DNA of 64,000 bases from NCBI GenBank assembly GCA_028826165.1, contig JAPDFW010000022.1, forward strand, positions 378,757 to 442,756. Direction: 5' to 3'. Below the pieces are notes generated by a model. The model saw only the letters and a program-made list of their open reading frames with translations, ran no database searches and was not told the origin of the DNA. The position numbers were made by a program, and so were the translations under genes. Positions 24,301 through 35,706 of the stretch are shown here, piece by piece; within the stretch, counting starts at the first letter, position 1, and the number at the start of each line of letters is the position of its first letter. The DNA is from Anaeramoeba ignava BMAN (Eukaryota; Protista; Anaeramoebae).

Positions 24301-25824
24301 TTTGTTCTCAAATCTAAACACCAAGTTATTTTCATTTATATCTTCATTTATATCTTCATTTATAGTTAAATTTATATCTTCATTTTTATCTTCATTTTTA
24401 TCTTCATTTATATCTTCATGTATAGTTAAATTTATATTTGATTTTGATTTTGATTTTGAATTTGAATTTGAATTTGAATTTGAATTTGATTTTGATTTTG
24501 ATTTTGGTTTTGATTTTGATTTTGATTTAGAATTTGAATTTGAATTTGAATTTGGATTATTTTCTTCTGAATCTGAATTTTCATTTGCATTAATAATATC
24601 GCAATAAACAACTTTTAAAAGCATGTGTGAATCTGAATCAATAGCTCCGCTTATATAAAGATCACGAAGATTTGAGAACGAATTGATGAAACTCCTTAAA
24701 TAAGAAAAACTCTCAAATTCAATTTCAATTAAATGATCATCCAAAAGAAGCAAACGCAAGATTTTTGTATTTGTTAAATTCTCGTATATTTTGGAAGAAA
24801 AAGAATAATTTTGAGATAGATTTAATTCGCCATTGCAAAAAATTTCAAATCGATCTCTTTTCAATTTCACAATTAAATTTTCACTTCCTGATTTGCATGA
24901 GAAGACATTATACGATATTTGTTTATGGACACGAATTCGGGAATGCTTTTCAGCATTTTGGGATGTTGAGAGATTATCATCATGAAGCGAATTGATGAAA
25001 TGATCCAAACATTTCCAAACAATTTTCGGATAAATATCATTTTCGAAATTAAATTGTATTGATTTTTGCGCTCCATGAATTTGATATATTATCTTGAGTG
25101 ATTTGTGAGATGGGACGACTGGCTTTAATTCTATTATATCTTTGTAAGAAAGAAGTAAAAGATCCATTTGCTGAGAATCATCCCAAATTCCGATATTTTC
25201 ACTTTCAATCTCAAGTGTAATTTTTGAATGTGAATTAAATGAACAATTAAATTTAATCGGTTTTGAATTAATAAATCGAGAAAACAAAATGTTTGTGAAT
25301 ACAGCCTCTGGTAGATTTGGATTTAAACATGATTTCCATTGCTGAGGATAATTAAAATGTTGAAGAATCATTAAAGTTGTAGTTATTATGAATCTTTCAA
25401 CAAAATCTGTGCATTTAATATTTAAAAAACTTTCTGATTGTGTTTGAAGTGCAAATATTTTTTCATCATCATAACTCAAATGGATTTTTGGAGAATTTGG
25501 TTCTAAAAAAATATCCATGAGTGCTTTTTCTTGAGTAAATATTTTCAATGTTAAATTATTAATTTCAATTATTGCCTGTTTTTTTTCATTCTTTTCAAAA
25601 TTTTTTATTGAAAGTCTTTCAATAATTTTCACTTCAAATTGTATTTTTTCATAAGTTACATAATCTTTAATTATTTCTAATGATTCTGTTATTTGTTTTT
25701 GTACTTCAGAAATTAATCCTTTTCTTTTTATTGGTGAATTTTGAAATTGTAATTCTTTTGGTAATTTGAAGTTTTGCCAATTTTTATGTTGTTTTTTGTG
25801 TTTTTTTTGAGAAATAAAGTTCAT
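21346..25824 (-). CDS. Large intronless uncharacterised protein with multiple divergent PH-like units and a TPKK repeat tract
   Basis: Long open frame; first ATG at 25824, preceded by TCATTTT motifs. Repeated strand-then-helix endings (FKFQTNVIRDSVI, ISFANEETKNNFL, LSFLSNYEKNAFL) resemble PH-fold C-termini. Confidence 0.6.
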   Translation of the reverse strand: MNFISQKKHKKQHKNWQNFKLPKELQFQNSPIKRKGLISEVQKQITESLEIIKDYVTYEKIQFEVKIIERLSIKNFEKNEKKQAIIEINNLTLKIFTQEKALMDIFLEPNSPKIHLSYDDEKIFALQTQSESFLNIKCTDFVERFIITTTLMILQHFNYPQQWKSCLNPNLPEAVFTNILFSRFINSKPIKFNCSFNSHSKITLEIESENIGIWDDSQQMDLLLLSYKDIIELKPVVPSHKSLKIIYQIHGAQKSIQFNFENDIYPKIVWKCLDHFINSLHDDNLSTSQNAEKHSRIRVHKQISYNVFSCKSGSENLIVKLKRDRFEIFCNGELNLSQNYSFSSKIYENLTNTKILRLLLLDDHLIEIEFESFSYLRSFINSFSNLRDLYISGAIDSDSHMLLKVVYCDIINANENSDSEENNPNSNSNSNSKSKSKSKPKSKSKSNSNSNSNSNSKSKSKSNINLTIHEDINEDKNEDKNEDINLTINEDINEDINENNLVFRFENKITNDDIKNQNKIENEKQSCMLMITSSQIFVIYENESEQNKDYNFSQFYLMESELEDQITLVDFCTNTKELVFKFQTNVIRDSVISFYKKSMLIRSSFKESFEGTYLTHSQEEIIHGFVKFAADSILLQIISTSFSKRNLIDIHVLSEINSKMCYLDLDRKTHYHISFANEETKNNFLFVYLLMKKWTLAKIDSFETLNHARLRHYHIRYNFKEIIPSIFSVKIVDQFFLPIEMGKLKILDDNITLEFSKESISSSLLDEQFYFQIHPNFQSYCKIVFPSNISFIISFGNKQIFGIATSLIRLKIFDLKKKRDESQNGDILRRNSNFTDSQKDLVNQDTQLPLLSLSFSNSNEKKIPTNRNDNQSNQFSQSETDHQINEIQKNFAKEYCKFEIQVVDPSSEFEEPKLIEAELEMDFVHFEILLQRNTNTNTNTNTNTNTNTNTNTNTNITTPKKTPKTTPKKTPKKTPKKTPKTTPKKTPKKTPKTTPKTTPKKTPKKTPKTTPKKTPLKRDYSIKSTPHKLSSSLNLNSNSNSNLNSNSNSKSIFNSSKKNIENNSEDNIKENEKKNKYILFQSGFFPTSKLQINRGKAKNDFIIYIDSVESIHFFVKKQEDNLILWKSFRIFQIYSCDPNDLLVTNGSIISKEQGINALVFRYWTQNNCKFNIGILSKFGVIETEMKILRKAVVFKPESYTEISYSWNSEPIEFGFFSEDLKKFHFSVKSTNSINTIFFQSKNLFESDLIYRSLLFFQFANDHLNQTNKDSHSKNHIIEEKDDIFLNFLNSLSPFPKFTNYNTPNTESTNSEQNHFSKQPNQNLIDDTTNNDLLLPLKTTSDIHIYNENEQNEIQNEIQNEIQKENEKIEEMSQEEIDNKLEKMKQLKEAQLLSDIKKKMNIAWKSNKSFNFSIILEQYPKTFQGNLKITKKRLEIWRNDIGLIFKEKWGLFNCESSNSGDNYLVIKKNKSIFALSFLSNYEKNAFLVAISDK

Positions 25825-26114
25825 TTGTATTCTTTTTAAAAATAAAAAAATAATTAAAAAATGAAAAAAAAATGAAAAAAATTTTTTCTCAATTTTTATT
25901 ATTTTTTTTTTAAATTTTAAATAAAGAAGAAAAAAATTTTTTTTTTCCACATCTCTTTACTAACTTATTTTTTTTAAAATTTAATAAATAAATTAATAAA
26001 TAAATAATCAAATCCTGATTTTCGACTTTTAATTTTTATTTTATTTTTTTTATTTTTTTTATTTTTGTTAAAGAAAAATTAATTCCAAAAGAAAAAAAAA
26101 AAAGAAAAGGAATT

Positions 26115-27650
26115 TTTAAATAAATTTTTAAATAAATTTTTAAATAAATTGTTATAATAAATTGTTATAATAAATTTTTAAATAAATTTTTAAATAAATT
26201 TTTAAATAAATTTTGAAATAAATTTTTAAATAAATTTTTAAATAAATTGTTATGATAAATTGTGGAATAAATTTTTAAATAAATTTTTAAATAAATTTTT
26301 AAATAAATTTTTAAATAAATTGTGGAATAAATTTTTAAATAAATTTTTAAATAAATTTAAATAAATTGTGAAATAAATTTTTAAATAAATTTTTAAATAA
26401 ATTTTTAAATAAATTGTGGAATAAATTTTTATAATAAATTTTTAAATAAATTTTTAAATAAATTTTTGAAATAATTTATGGAATAAATTTTGGAATAAAT
26501 TGTGGAATAAATTTTTAAATAATTTTTAAATAAATTTTTGAAATAAATTGTGGAATAAATTTTTAAAGAATTTTTAAATAAATTTTTAAATAAATTGTGA
26601 AATAATTTATGGAATAAATTGTGGAATAAATTTTTAAATAAATTTTTAAATAAATTGTTTAATAAATTGTTGAATAAATTTTTAAATAAATTGTTATAAT
26701 AAATTGTGAAATAAATTTTTAAATAAATTTTTAAATAAATTGTGAAATAAATTTTTATAATAAATTGTGAAATAAATTTTTATAATAAATTGTGAAATAA
26801 ATTGTGAAATAATTTTTAAATAAATTTTTAAATAAATTGTGGAATAAATTGTGGAATAAATTTTTAAATAAATTTTTAAATAAATTGTGGAATAAATTGT
26901 GGAATAAATTTTTAAATAAATTGTGAAATAAATTGTGAAATAAATTTTTAAATAAATTTTTAAATAAATTTTTAAATAAATTTTTAAATAAATTGTGGAA
27001 TAAATTTTTAAATAAATTTTTAAATAAATTTTTATAATAAATTGTGGAATAAATTTTGAAATAATTTTTATAATAAATTTTTAAATAAATTTTTAAATAA
27101 ATTATGGAATAAATTGTTATAATAAATTTTTAAATAAATTTTTGAATAAATTATGGAATAAATTGTTATAATAAATTTTGAAATAAATTTTTAAATAAAT
27201 TTTTAAATAAATTTTTAAATAAATTGTTATAATAAATTGTTTTAATAAATTTTTAAATAAATTGTGAAATAAATTGTTGAATAAATTTTTAAATAAATTT
27301 TTGAATAAATTTTTAAATAAATTTTTGAATAAAATTTTAAATAAATTTTTATAATAAATTTAAATAAATTTTTAAATAAATTTTTAAATAAATTTTTAAA
27401 TAAATTTTAAATAAATTTTGGAATAAATTGTTATAATAAATTGTTATAATAAATTTTTAAATAAATTGTGAAATAAATTGAGAAATAAATTGTGAAATAA
27501 ATTTTAAATAAATTGTGGAATAAATTTTTAAATAAATTTTTAAATAAATTGTTATAATAAATTGTGGAATAAATTGTGAAATAAATTGTGAAATAAATTT
27601 TTAAATAAATTTTTAAATAAATTGTTGGAATAAATTTTTGGAATAAATTT
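26115..27650. repeat. 12-bp minisatellite AATAAATTTTTA with AATAAATTGTGG/GTGA/GTTAT variants
   Basis: Directly visible; starts just after the TTRAY1 stop. Confidence 0.95.
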
Positions 27651-27667
27651 TGATTTTAAATTTAATT

Positions 27668-30600
27668 TTAAATCTGATTTTCTTCTAATTTTCCAATTTC
27701 ACAAATGGGACAAATAGAATTTTGTAAATTTGTTTTTGAACTTTGAAAAATTGAATTGCAATAAGAGCAAAGAAGATAATCTTTAACAATAACTTCACCA
27801 GAGTTCATGCAATAAATGAGTTTTTTTTTGCATTTTTTGCATTTCAATGATTCAAAATCATTTGATTCTTTACAATAAGGGCAATTTAAAGAAAAATCAA
27901 AATTATAATTTTGATAATTTTTTGATTGGCAAAAATTTAATTTTCCAACAGATTCTTGATGAAGTTCAGGAACATTTTCAATAAAATCCTTAATTAAATC
28001 AGCCAAAATACCAAAATTTTGAGTTTTATATGTTTGATTTGTTGTGTATTTAAAACATCTTTTTCTATCTTCTTGAAAAAGTTCAATTGGTGGTAATTGT
28101 AAGCAAATGATAGAAATTTTTGTTGATAAAGAAATAAATTGAGAATCATTTTTTGGAATTTTTTTTAATTCTTCACTTGCTTTTTCAATAATTTCTAGAA
28201 ATGAACTCGCTATAATATATTTAACTATTTTGTATATTTGATTTTTAACTTCTTTTTTATTTGTATTGAGATTTTTCAATATTTTGATACAATCATTAAA
28301 GTATTTTCTTCCTGCAAGTAAGTCAAGTACACGGAAACTACGAAGACCAGATTCAAATAATTCTTCTGATTTTTGAAGTTGTAAATTTTCATTTTCGTTT
28401 TCTTTTTGATTTTGATTTTGATTTTGATTTTGATTTTCATTTTCATTTTGATTTTCATTTTGATTTTGATTTTGATTTTGATTTTCTTTTTCATTTTCTT
28501 TTTCATTTTCTTTTTCATTTTCTTTTTCATTTTCTTTTTCATTTTCTTTTTCATTTTCTTTTTCATTTTCATTTTGATTTTGATTTTGATTTTGATTTTG
28601 ATTTTGATTTTGATTTTGATTTTGATTTTTCATTTTGATTTTCTTTTTGATTTTGATTTTGATTTTGATTTTGATTTTGATTTTCATTTTGATTTTGATT
28701 TTGATTTTGATTTTGATTTTCATTTTTAATTTGATTTTGATTTTGATTTTGATTTTGATTTTGATTTTGATTTTGATTTTCATTTTTAATTTGATTTTCT
28801 TTTTCATTTTCTTTTTCATTTTCTTTTTCATTTTCATTTTGATTTTCTTTTTCTTTTTCTTTTTCTTTTTCTTTTTGATTTTGATTTTCTTTTTGATTTT
28901 CTTTTTGATTTTCTTTTTTTTTCATTTTTTTCTATTTGATTTTCTTTTTCTTTTTGATTTTCTTTTTCTTTTTCTTTTTCTTTTTCTTTTAGATTTGGAT
29001 TTGAAATTGATTCAAAATTTATTTCATCATAAAAATCGAAATCATTATCATCTTTATTATTATTATTATCATCATTATTATTATTTTGAATTGAATTATT
29101 TTCCTTTGTTTGAGTATTTGAATTTCCAGTTTTTGGTTTTATTAAATTTGGTTTTTTTAATTCAATTGATTTTCCTTTTTGAGATTCTTGATCATTTTGA
29201 GATTTTTCATCATCTTTTTTTTTAATTTGAGGATTTGATACAACTTCAGTAATTTCTACTCTTTCTTTTTCTTTGATTAATCCACCTTTTTTGTTCAAAG
29301 ATATTTTAAACCCAGAACGTGTTGGCTTATCTTTTTTTTCGACTTCATCCTTTTTTTTAATCACAAGAGTTGATAATCCAGCAAAAATTCTTTTTTCTTC
29401 AGGATCTGTTTCAAATTCAGAATCAGAAGTTTCATTATTATCCCAAGCACGATTAATAATTGTTGCTAATTGTTCTGTTGTTGCTTTTCCTATATCTATA
29501 TCTGCTAGTTTTTGTGGTTCTTCTGGTTCTTTTTTTTGTTCTTTTTGTTCATTTTCTTGTGGGTTATTTAAATCATTTTTGGGTTGATTTTCCAAATTCG
29601 AAGGTGAAATTGGTTTTTGTGTTTCTTGTTGAGGAATTTGATTTTTTGGGAATTCGTTTACTTGCATTTCTTGTTGTTGATATTGTTCTTCTTCAATAAA
29701 ATCTGATTTTTCATGTGTAAAAGGAATTGTGAACCAATTCTTTAAATCTTCCAAATCTAATTCTGAAACTTTGAATATATTTTCTATTCTAATTTCAAAC
29801 TTTTTTTCTGGTTCCAAATATTTTTCCTCTTCATTTTGAATTATAAAACGGAATTTTGCCAATTGATTCTTTTCTTGTTCTTTTGATAAATCCAAATCAA
29901 AATGACTTTCCAAAATAGCCTTAACTTCATCAATTTTCTTTGTTGGGTTAAGAATTTCTTCTGAAATTTTCATCCAATTAGAAAAAGCAGATAAATATTG
30001 AATCAATAGATTTTGATTTTGATTTTGATTTTGATTTTGATTTTGATTATTTTCTTGAAAAAGTTGATAAATTAATTGAGCAATTCCATAATTATTTCCA
30101 AAAAGAGTGTAAATAAAAAACAATCCAAAATATTCACCACTTTCTTTAAAACAAATCTCTGCAAATTCAAATTGGCCACACTTCAAACATTCAATTCCAA
30201 TCTTTTTGAGTATTTCTTTTCTAATTTGGTTTGTTTTGATTTGAACTTCATCAGAATAACTGTTAATTTGATCAAAAGGCACTTTGTATTTTGGGATTTT
30301 CGAATTGAATTCAAGGAAAGTTTTCATATCGGGATGATTTTGTTGGTTTTGAGTATCATTTTTCTTGTTAAAATTTTGGTTACTTTTATTGAAATTTGAA
30401 AGTTGATTTTCGTTTTCCATCAAATTTTGATCTATTATTTTTTGTAAAGCAATTGATACTTCTTTTTCTTCTAAATTTGCCAATATTTCTTTATTGGTTG
30501 TTAATAATTCGAAGAGTATTTCCTCTAAAACTTGCTCCTTCGTTGGTTTCTTTTGCTTTGAACGCAACTTGTCGTCTGGATTACTCTCATTTTTTTGATA

Positions 30601-33501
30601 TCGATTGCGGTTGATGTTTATTTTGGAAATAGTTTCTTTGAGAATTTCGTTTTGATTAGAAGATTTTTGAGGTGTTACTTGGTCTTCATTTTGATTTTCA
30701 CTTTGGTTTGATTCAAGATTACGAAAAATATTAAATAGCATTGAAGAAGCCTTGAAAAATTTATTCTGAAACAAAAAATCAGCGAGATCTGTTGATATTC
30801 TTGGTGTTTTAATTCTGGAAATAATTTGATAAATTTTCTGTTTGAATTCTTTTGAAGGGGATAATTGTGATTGAGAATTAGTTGTTTTTCTTAGAAAATT
30901 CTCGAAAGAAACTAGTCCCATAATTAAGGATTCAGTTAAATCAATTCCTTGTTCTGAAATAATTACCCAATCCTCGTTATTTATTAAGGTATAATCCATA
31001 ATTGAATATAAAATCCTATCAAAAAGAACTGCAGAGATGCGAGATTTGTCGTAATTAAGAGTTGATATGGTTTTAGGAGATGAAGAAGAATCAAATGTGA
31101 GAAAATTCAAGTTGTGTTTTGTATTGAAAAATAATGAATATCCAACCCAAAAACACGAGTGGAAATACATGCAATCATGGATAAAAGGGTTCCAAACTGT
31201 GTGAATAATTTCAAATTCAGTGTTTATAATTGCAATTCTTAAATTAGTTATAATTGCAGCGAAAAAGAGCTCTTTTGCGTTTTCTGGTTGTGTTTTGTTC
31301 CACTTAATTTCATAAACGTTTTCTTTGTGTTCAAGTTGGAAAAATTTTGATTTTTCTAAGTTTCCACCTGATTTTTTAGGTTGCAAAAGTGTGTTCGTAA
31401 TGTTATTAGTTGGGAAAATTGGGTTTATAAGTGAATTGCTGAGGAATCCTCCCATATCAATTCCGAGTAAATCATCACCAAGAGCTTTTTTTTCTTGTGT
31501 TGATTTTTTTGTGGGAGATTCTTTTGGAAGAGTTTTTGGTTCATTAACTTGTGGTTGAGCGACATTTTCTGGTTCAAAATCTACTAATTGAAATTCCAAA
31601 CTATCATTTAGAAGCAAAGAAAGAAGATTTCGTGAATAAACAAGTTTTCTTTCTGATAAAATTTGGTAAAGCAAAACTCTGTTTTGTTTAAGTGGCGTTG
31701 GGAATATTTTTGATATTTTGTATCCTTTTAAATATAATGGGTCTTTTGATTTGAATTTTTGTTTCCTTTTGTGTTTGTGTTATTATTTTATGGATAATAT
31801 TTCTTCCATCCTGAGAAATGATCACAAATTCCTTTCCGCTATCACCAACAAAACAGGCATCAATACATCTTTCGTTATCGATAATTTTCCCATTCTTATC
31901 AATTAAATAGAAGATTATGACTCTTTGATTTGATTCTAGTGCTACTTTGTGGCAGTAATTGGTTGTTTCCCTAACAAGATCAACTTTGAGTTGGATGAGG
32001 ATCAAGAAGATTTTGCTTTTAGAATTGTATATAAACTTAATGACTCTTGCTCCTTTACTAATTTCTTCTTGAATGATGTCTGGTATTTTGTATTTCATTT
32101 TAATTTTTTCTTTTTCTTTTTCTTTTTCTTTTTGTTTTTCTTTTTCTTTTTGTTTTTGGTATTTCTTTTCAATGAAATATTTAAATTCCCTTTATTTTTT
32201 TCTTCTTCCTTTTCTTGATTTTCATTTTCATTCTCTTGCTCTTTATCACTTGTTTTATTTCTAGGTAATGTGTATTGCTTAATGCAATTTTCTCCACTAG
32301 TTTTCACATTGTTGAAATCCATATAAAATATTTTATTGCAAATTTGAATCTGATTTTGTTCGTTATTGTTTTCTGGAGTAAAAATGGATGATGAATTAAG
32401 GTCTGGAATCTCCATTTGTGTTGCAATGGGCATAAATGTTGATGGATAAAGTTTATCGCAAACAGAATAAATAGCAGTTCCTTCAATTTCCATTTGCGAG
32501 TTTGTTTCCACAAGAGAAATATAATTGCACGATTGATGAGATTGCATTTTTTGGAAAAAAACGCTTTTTGTTGTTGATTTTCCACAATAAGTAAGAAATT
32601 GATCTGAGATTTTGAGCTGCGAATCATTTGGAAAATATCTTAGCGAAATAACTCTTCCATTTGAAGCGAGGACAAAAAACTCATTCAAAAAGGAATGGAA
32701 AGAGATTGATTTGATTGTGATTGAATTGTCCAAAAAAACACATGCTTTGAGTTGGCAATTTGCAGGGTCTCTTGTGCTCCAAATACTAACAAAGCCCTGA
32801 GTTCCACCGACAATTAGGTTGTTGTCTTCCTTGGGAGAAAACGCAATACAAGTTGGTTTGATTTTGACATTCTTTTTTTTGATTTTTTTTGATTTTCCTT
32901 TTTTTGACTGGAATATTCCTTGATTCAAGTTAAAATTAATGGGAATAAAATCCAATTCACAAAGAAAACTTTTCTGTTTCCAATCCCAAATTTTCACACT
33001 AAAATCCGAATTCAAAACTGCGATTTTGGATTGAAATCTGCTTGCAGAAAGTTGGCAAATTGGTTTCTTTGAAACTTGCAAGTCAATTTGTTGAAGTTGA
33101 ATTGAATCTTGATTTGGAATCAAATTATGAATATGTAATATTCCGCTTGATTCTCGCGAGTAAAAAAGTGTTGGTGTTGAATAATCTGCAAATAAACTTG
33201 TAATCATTTGCTTGTCATCTTTCTTGCTTGGAATGTATTCGTTTGATATTGTGTGCTTTTCCATGTCAAAAAGTATAATTCCTCCGTTTTTTGTTGATCC
33301 AACTAAAAATGGAAATTGTGAAAATGAAACCAATTCGTTTATTTTATTGATTGACTTGTCTTCGAATATAACTTTTTTTATGTCTGTTTCCATGTTGTTT
33401 TCGTATATTTTCTTGCTTTTGATTGAGAATATTATGTTTTTTTTTGGATGGAAAGTTGTTATGTTTTGATTTTTTAATTGTAAAATTTTTTGGAACTCCA
33501 T
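27668..33501 (-). CDS. TTRAY1: TSET/TPLATE complex subunit TTRAY1 (TWD40-1-like), split over five ORFs by about four single-base frameshifts
   Basis: N-terminal WD40s; SCFWVGYSLFFNT, AVLFDRILY, IYQIISRIKTPRIS and IGIECLKCGQFEFAEICF align with plant TWD40-1 motifs as I recall them; C-terminal helical region plus Cys-rich end (CSYCNSIF..CPICEIGKL). Confidence 0.75.
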
Positions 33502-33664
33502 TTAAATTTTAAATTTTAATTTTAAAAAAAAAAATGAAAAAAAAAAATTTGAAAAAAAAAAATTTAAAACTATTTAAAAATTTTTATTTTTAAATAAAAA
33601 AAAAAAGATAAATAATTCAACATTAATCTTTTTTAAAACAGAAAATATTCTCCAAGTTCCAATT

Positions 33665-35705
33665 CTAAATTCATTTTTAAATTCATTTTTAAATTCATTT
33701 TTAAATTCATTTTTAAATTCATTTTTAAATTCATTTTTAAATTCATTTTTAAATTCATTTTTAAATTCATTTTTAAATTCATTTTTAAATTCATTTTTAA
33801 ATTCATTTTTAAATTCAATTTTAAATTCATTTTTAAATTCATTTTTAAATTCATTTTTAAATTCATTTTTAAATTCATTTTTAAATTCATTTTTAAATTC
33901 ATTTTTAAATTCATTTTTAAATTCATTTTTAAATTCATTTTTAAATTCAATTTTTAAATTCATTTTTAAATTCATTTTTAAATTCAGTTTTAAATTCATT
34001 TTTAAATTGTTTTAAATTGTTTTAAATTCATTTTTAAATTCATTTTTAAATTCATTTTTAAATTCATTTTTAAATTCATTTTTAAATTGTTTTAAATTCA
34101 TTTTTAAATTCATTTTTAAATTCCATTTCTAAATTCATTTTTAAATCCATTTTTAAATTCATTTTTAAATTCCATTTCTAAATTCATTTTTAAATCCATT
34201 TTTAAATTCATTTTTAAATTCAATTTTAAATCCATTTTTAAATTGTTTTAAATTCATTTTTAAATTGTTTTAAATTCATTTTTAAATTCATTTTTAAATT
34301 GTTTTAAATTGTTTTAAATTCATTTTTAAATTCATTTTTAAATTCATTTTTTAAATTGTTTTAAATTGTTTTAAATTCATTTTTAAATTCATTTTTAAAT
34401 TGTTTTAAATTGTTTTAAATTCATTTCTTTAAATTGTTTTAAATTGTTTTAAATTCATTTTTAAATTCATTTTTAAATTGTTTTAAATTGTTTTTTAAAT
34501 TGTTTTAAATTGTTTTAAATTCATTTTTAAATTCAGTTTTAAATTCATTTTTAAATTCATTTTTAAATTGTTTTAAATTGTTTTAAATTGTTTTAAATTG
34601 TTTTAAATTCATTTTTAAATTCATTTTTAAATTCAATTTTTCAAATTGTTTTAAATTGTTTTAAATTCATTTTTAAATTCATTTTTAAATTCATTTTTAA
34701 ATTCATTTTTAAATTCAATTTTTAAATTGTTTTAAATTGTTTTAAATTGTTTTAAATTCATTTTTAAATTCCAATTTTAAATTGTTTTAAATTGTTTTAA
34801 ATTTTGTTAAATTGTTTCAAATTCATTTTTAAATTCCAATTTTAAATTGTTTTAAATTGTTTCAAATTTTGTTTCAAATTGTTTCAAATTCAGTTTTAAA
34901 TTCAATTTTAAATTGTTTTAAATTCATTTTTAAACTCATTTTTAAATTCATTTTTAAATTGTTTTAAATTCATTTTTAAATTCATTTTTAAATTCATTTT
35001 TAAATTCATTTTTAAATTCATTTTTAAATTCATTTTAAATTCATTTTAAATTGTTTCAAATCCATTTTTAAATTCATTTTTAAATTCATTTTTAAATTGT
35101 TTTAAATTGTTTTAAATTCATTTTTAAATTCAATTTTAAATTGTTTCAAATTCATTTTAAATTCATTTTTAAATTGTTTTAAATTGTTTTAAATTGTTTT
35201 AAATTGTTTTAAATTGTTTTAAATTGTTTTAAATTCATTTTTAAATTGTTTCAAATTGTTTTAAATTGTTTTAAATTGTTTTAAATTGTTTTAAATTGTT
35301 TTAAATTCATTTTTAAATTCATTTTTAAATTCATTTTTAAATTCATTTTTAAATTCATTTTTAAATTCATTTTTAAATTCATTTTTAAATTCATTTTTAA
35401 ATTGTTTTAAATTCATTTTTAAATTCATTTTTAAATTCATTTTTAAATTCATTTTTAAATTGTTTTAAATTGTTTTAAATTTTTTTAAATTGTTTTAAAT
35501 TGTTTCAAATTGTTTCAAATTCATTTTTAAATTGTTTTAAATTGTTTTAAATTGTTTCAAATTGTTTTAAATTGTTTCAAATTTTGTTAAATTCATTTCT
35601 TTAAATTGTTTTAAATTCATTTTTAAATTCATTTTTAAATTCATTTTTAAATTTTGTTAAATTCATTTTTAAATTCAGTTTCAAATTGTTTCAAATTTTG
35701 TTAAA
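33665..35705. repeat. TAAATTCATTTT (12 bp) / TAAATTGTTT (10 bp) minisatellite
   Basis: Directly visible; abuts the RasGAP stop. Confidence 0.95.
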
Positions 35706-35706
35706 T

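Noticed and set aside
25955-25966. TACTAAC branch-point match
   Set aside because: Intergenic, antisense to the adjacent gene, with no associated exon; likely chance.
26115-27650. CRISPR-like or telomeric array
   Set aside because: No unique spacers or cas genes; variable AT units internal to a gene-dense region.
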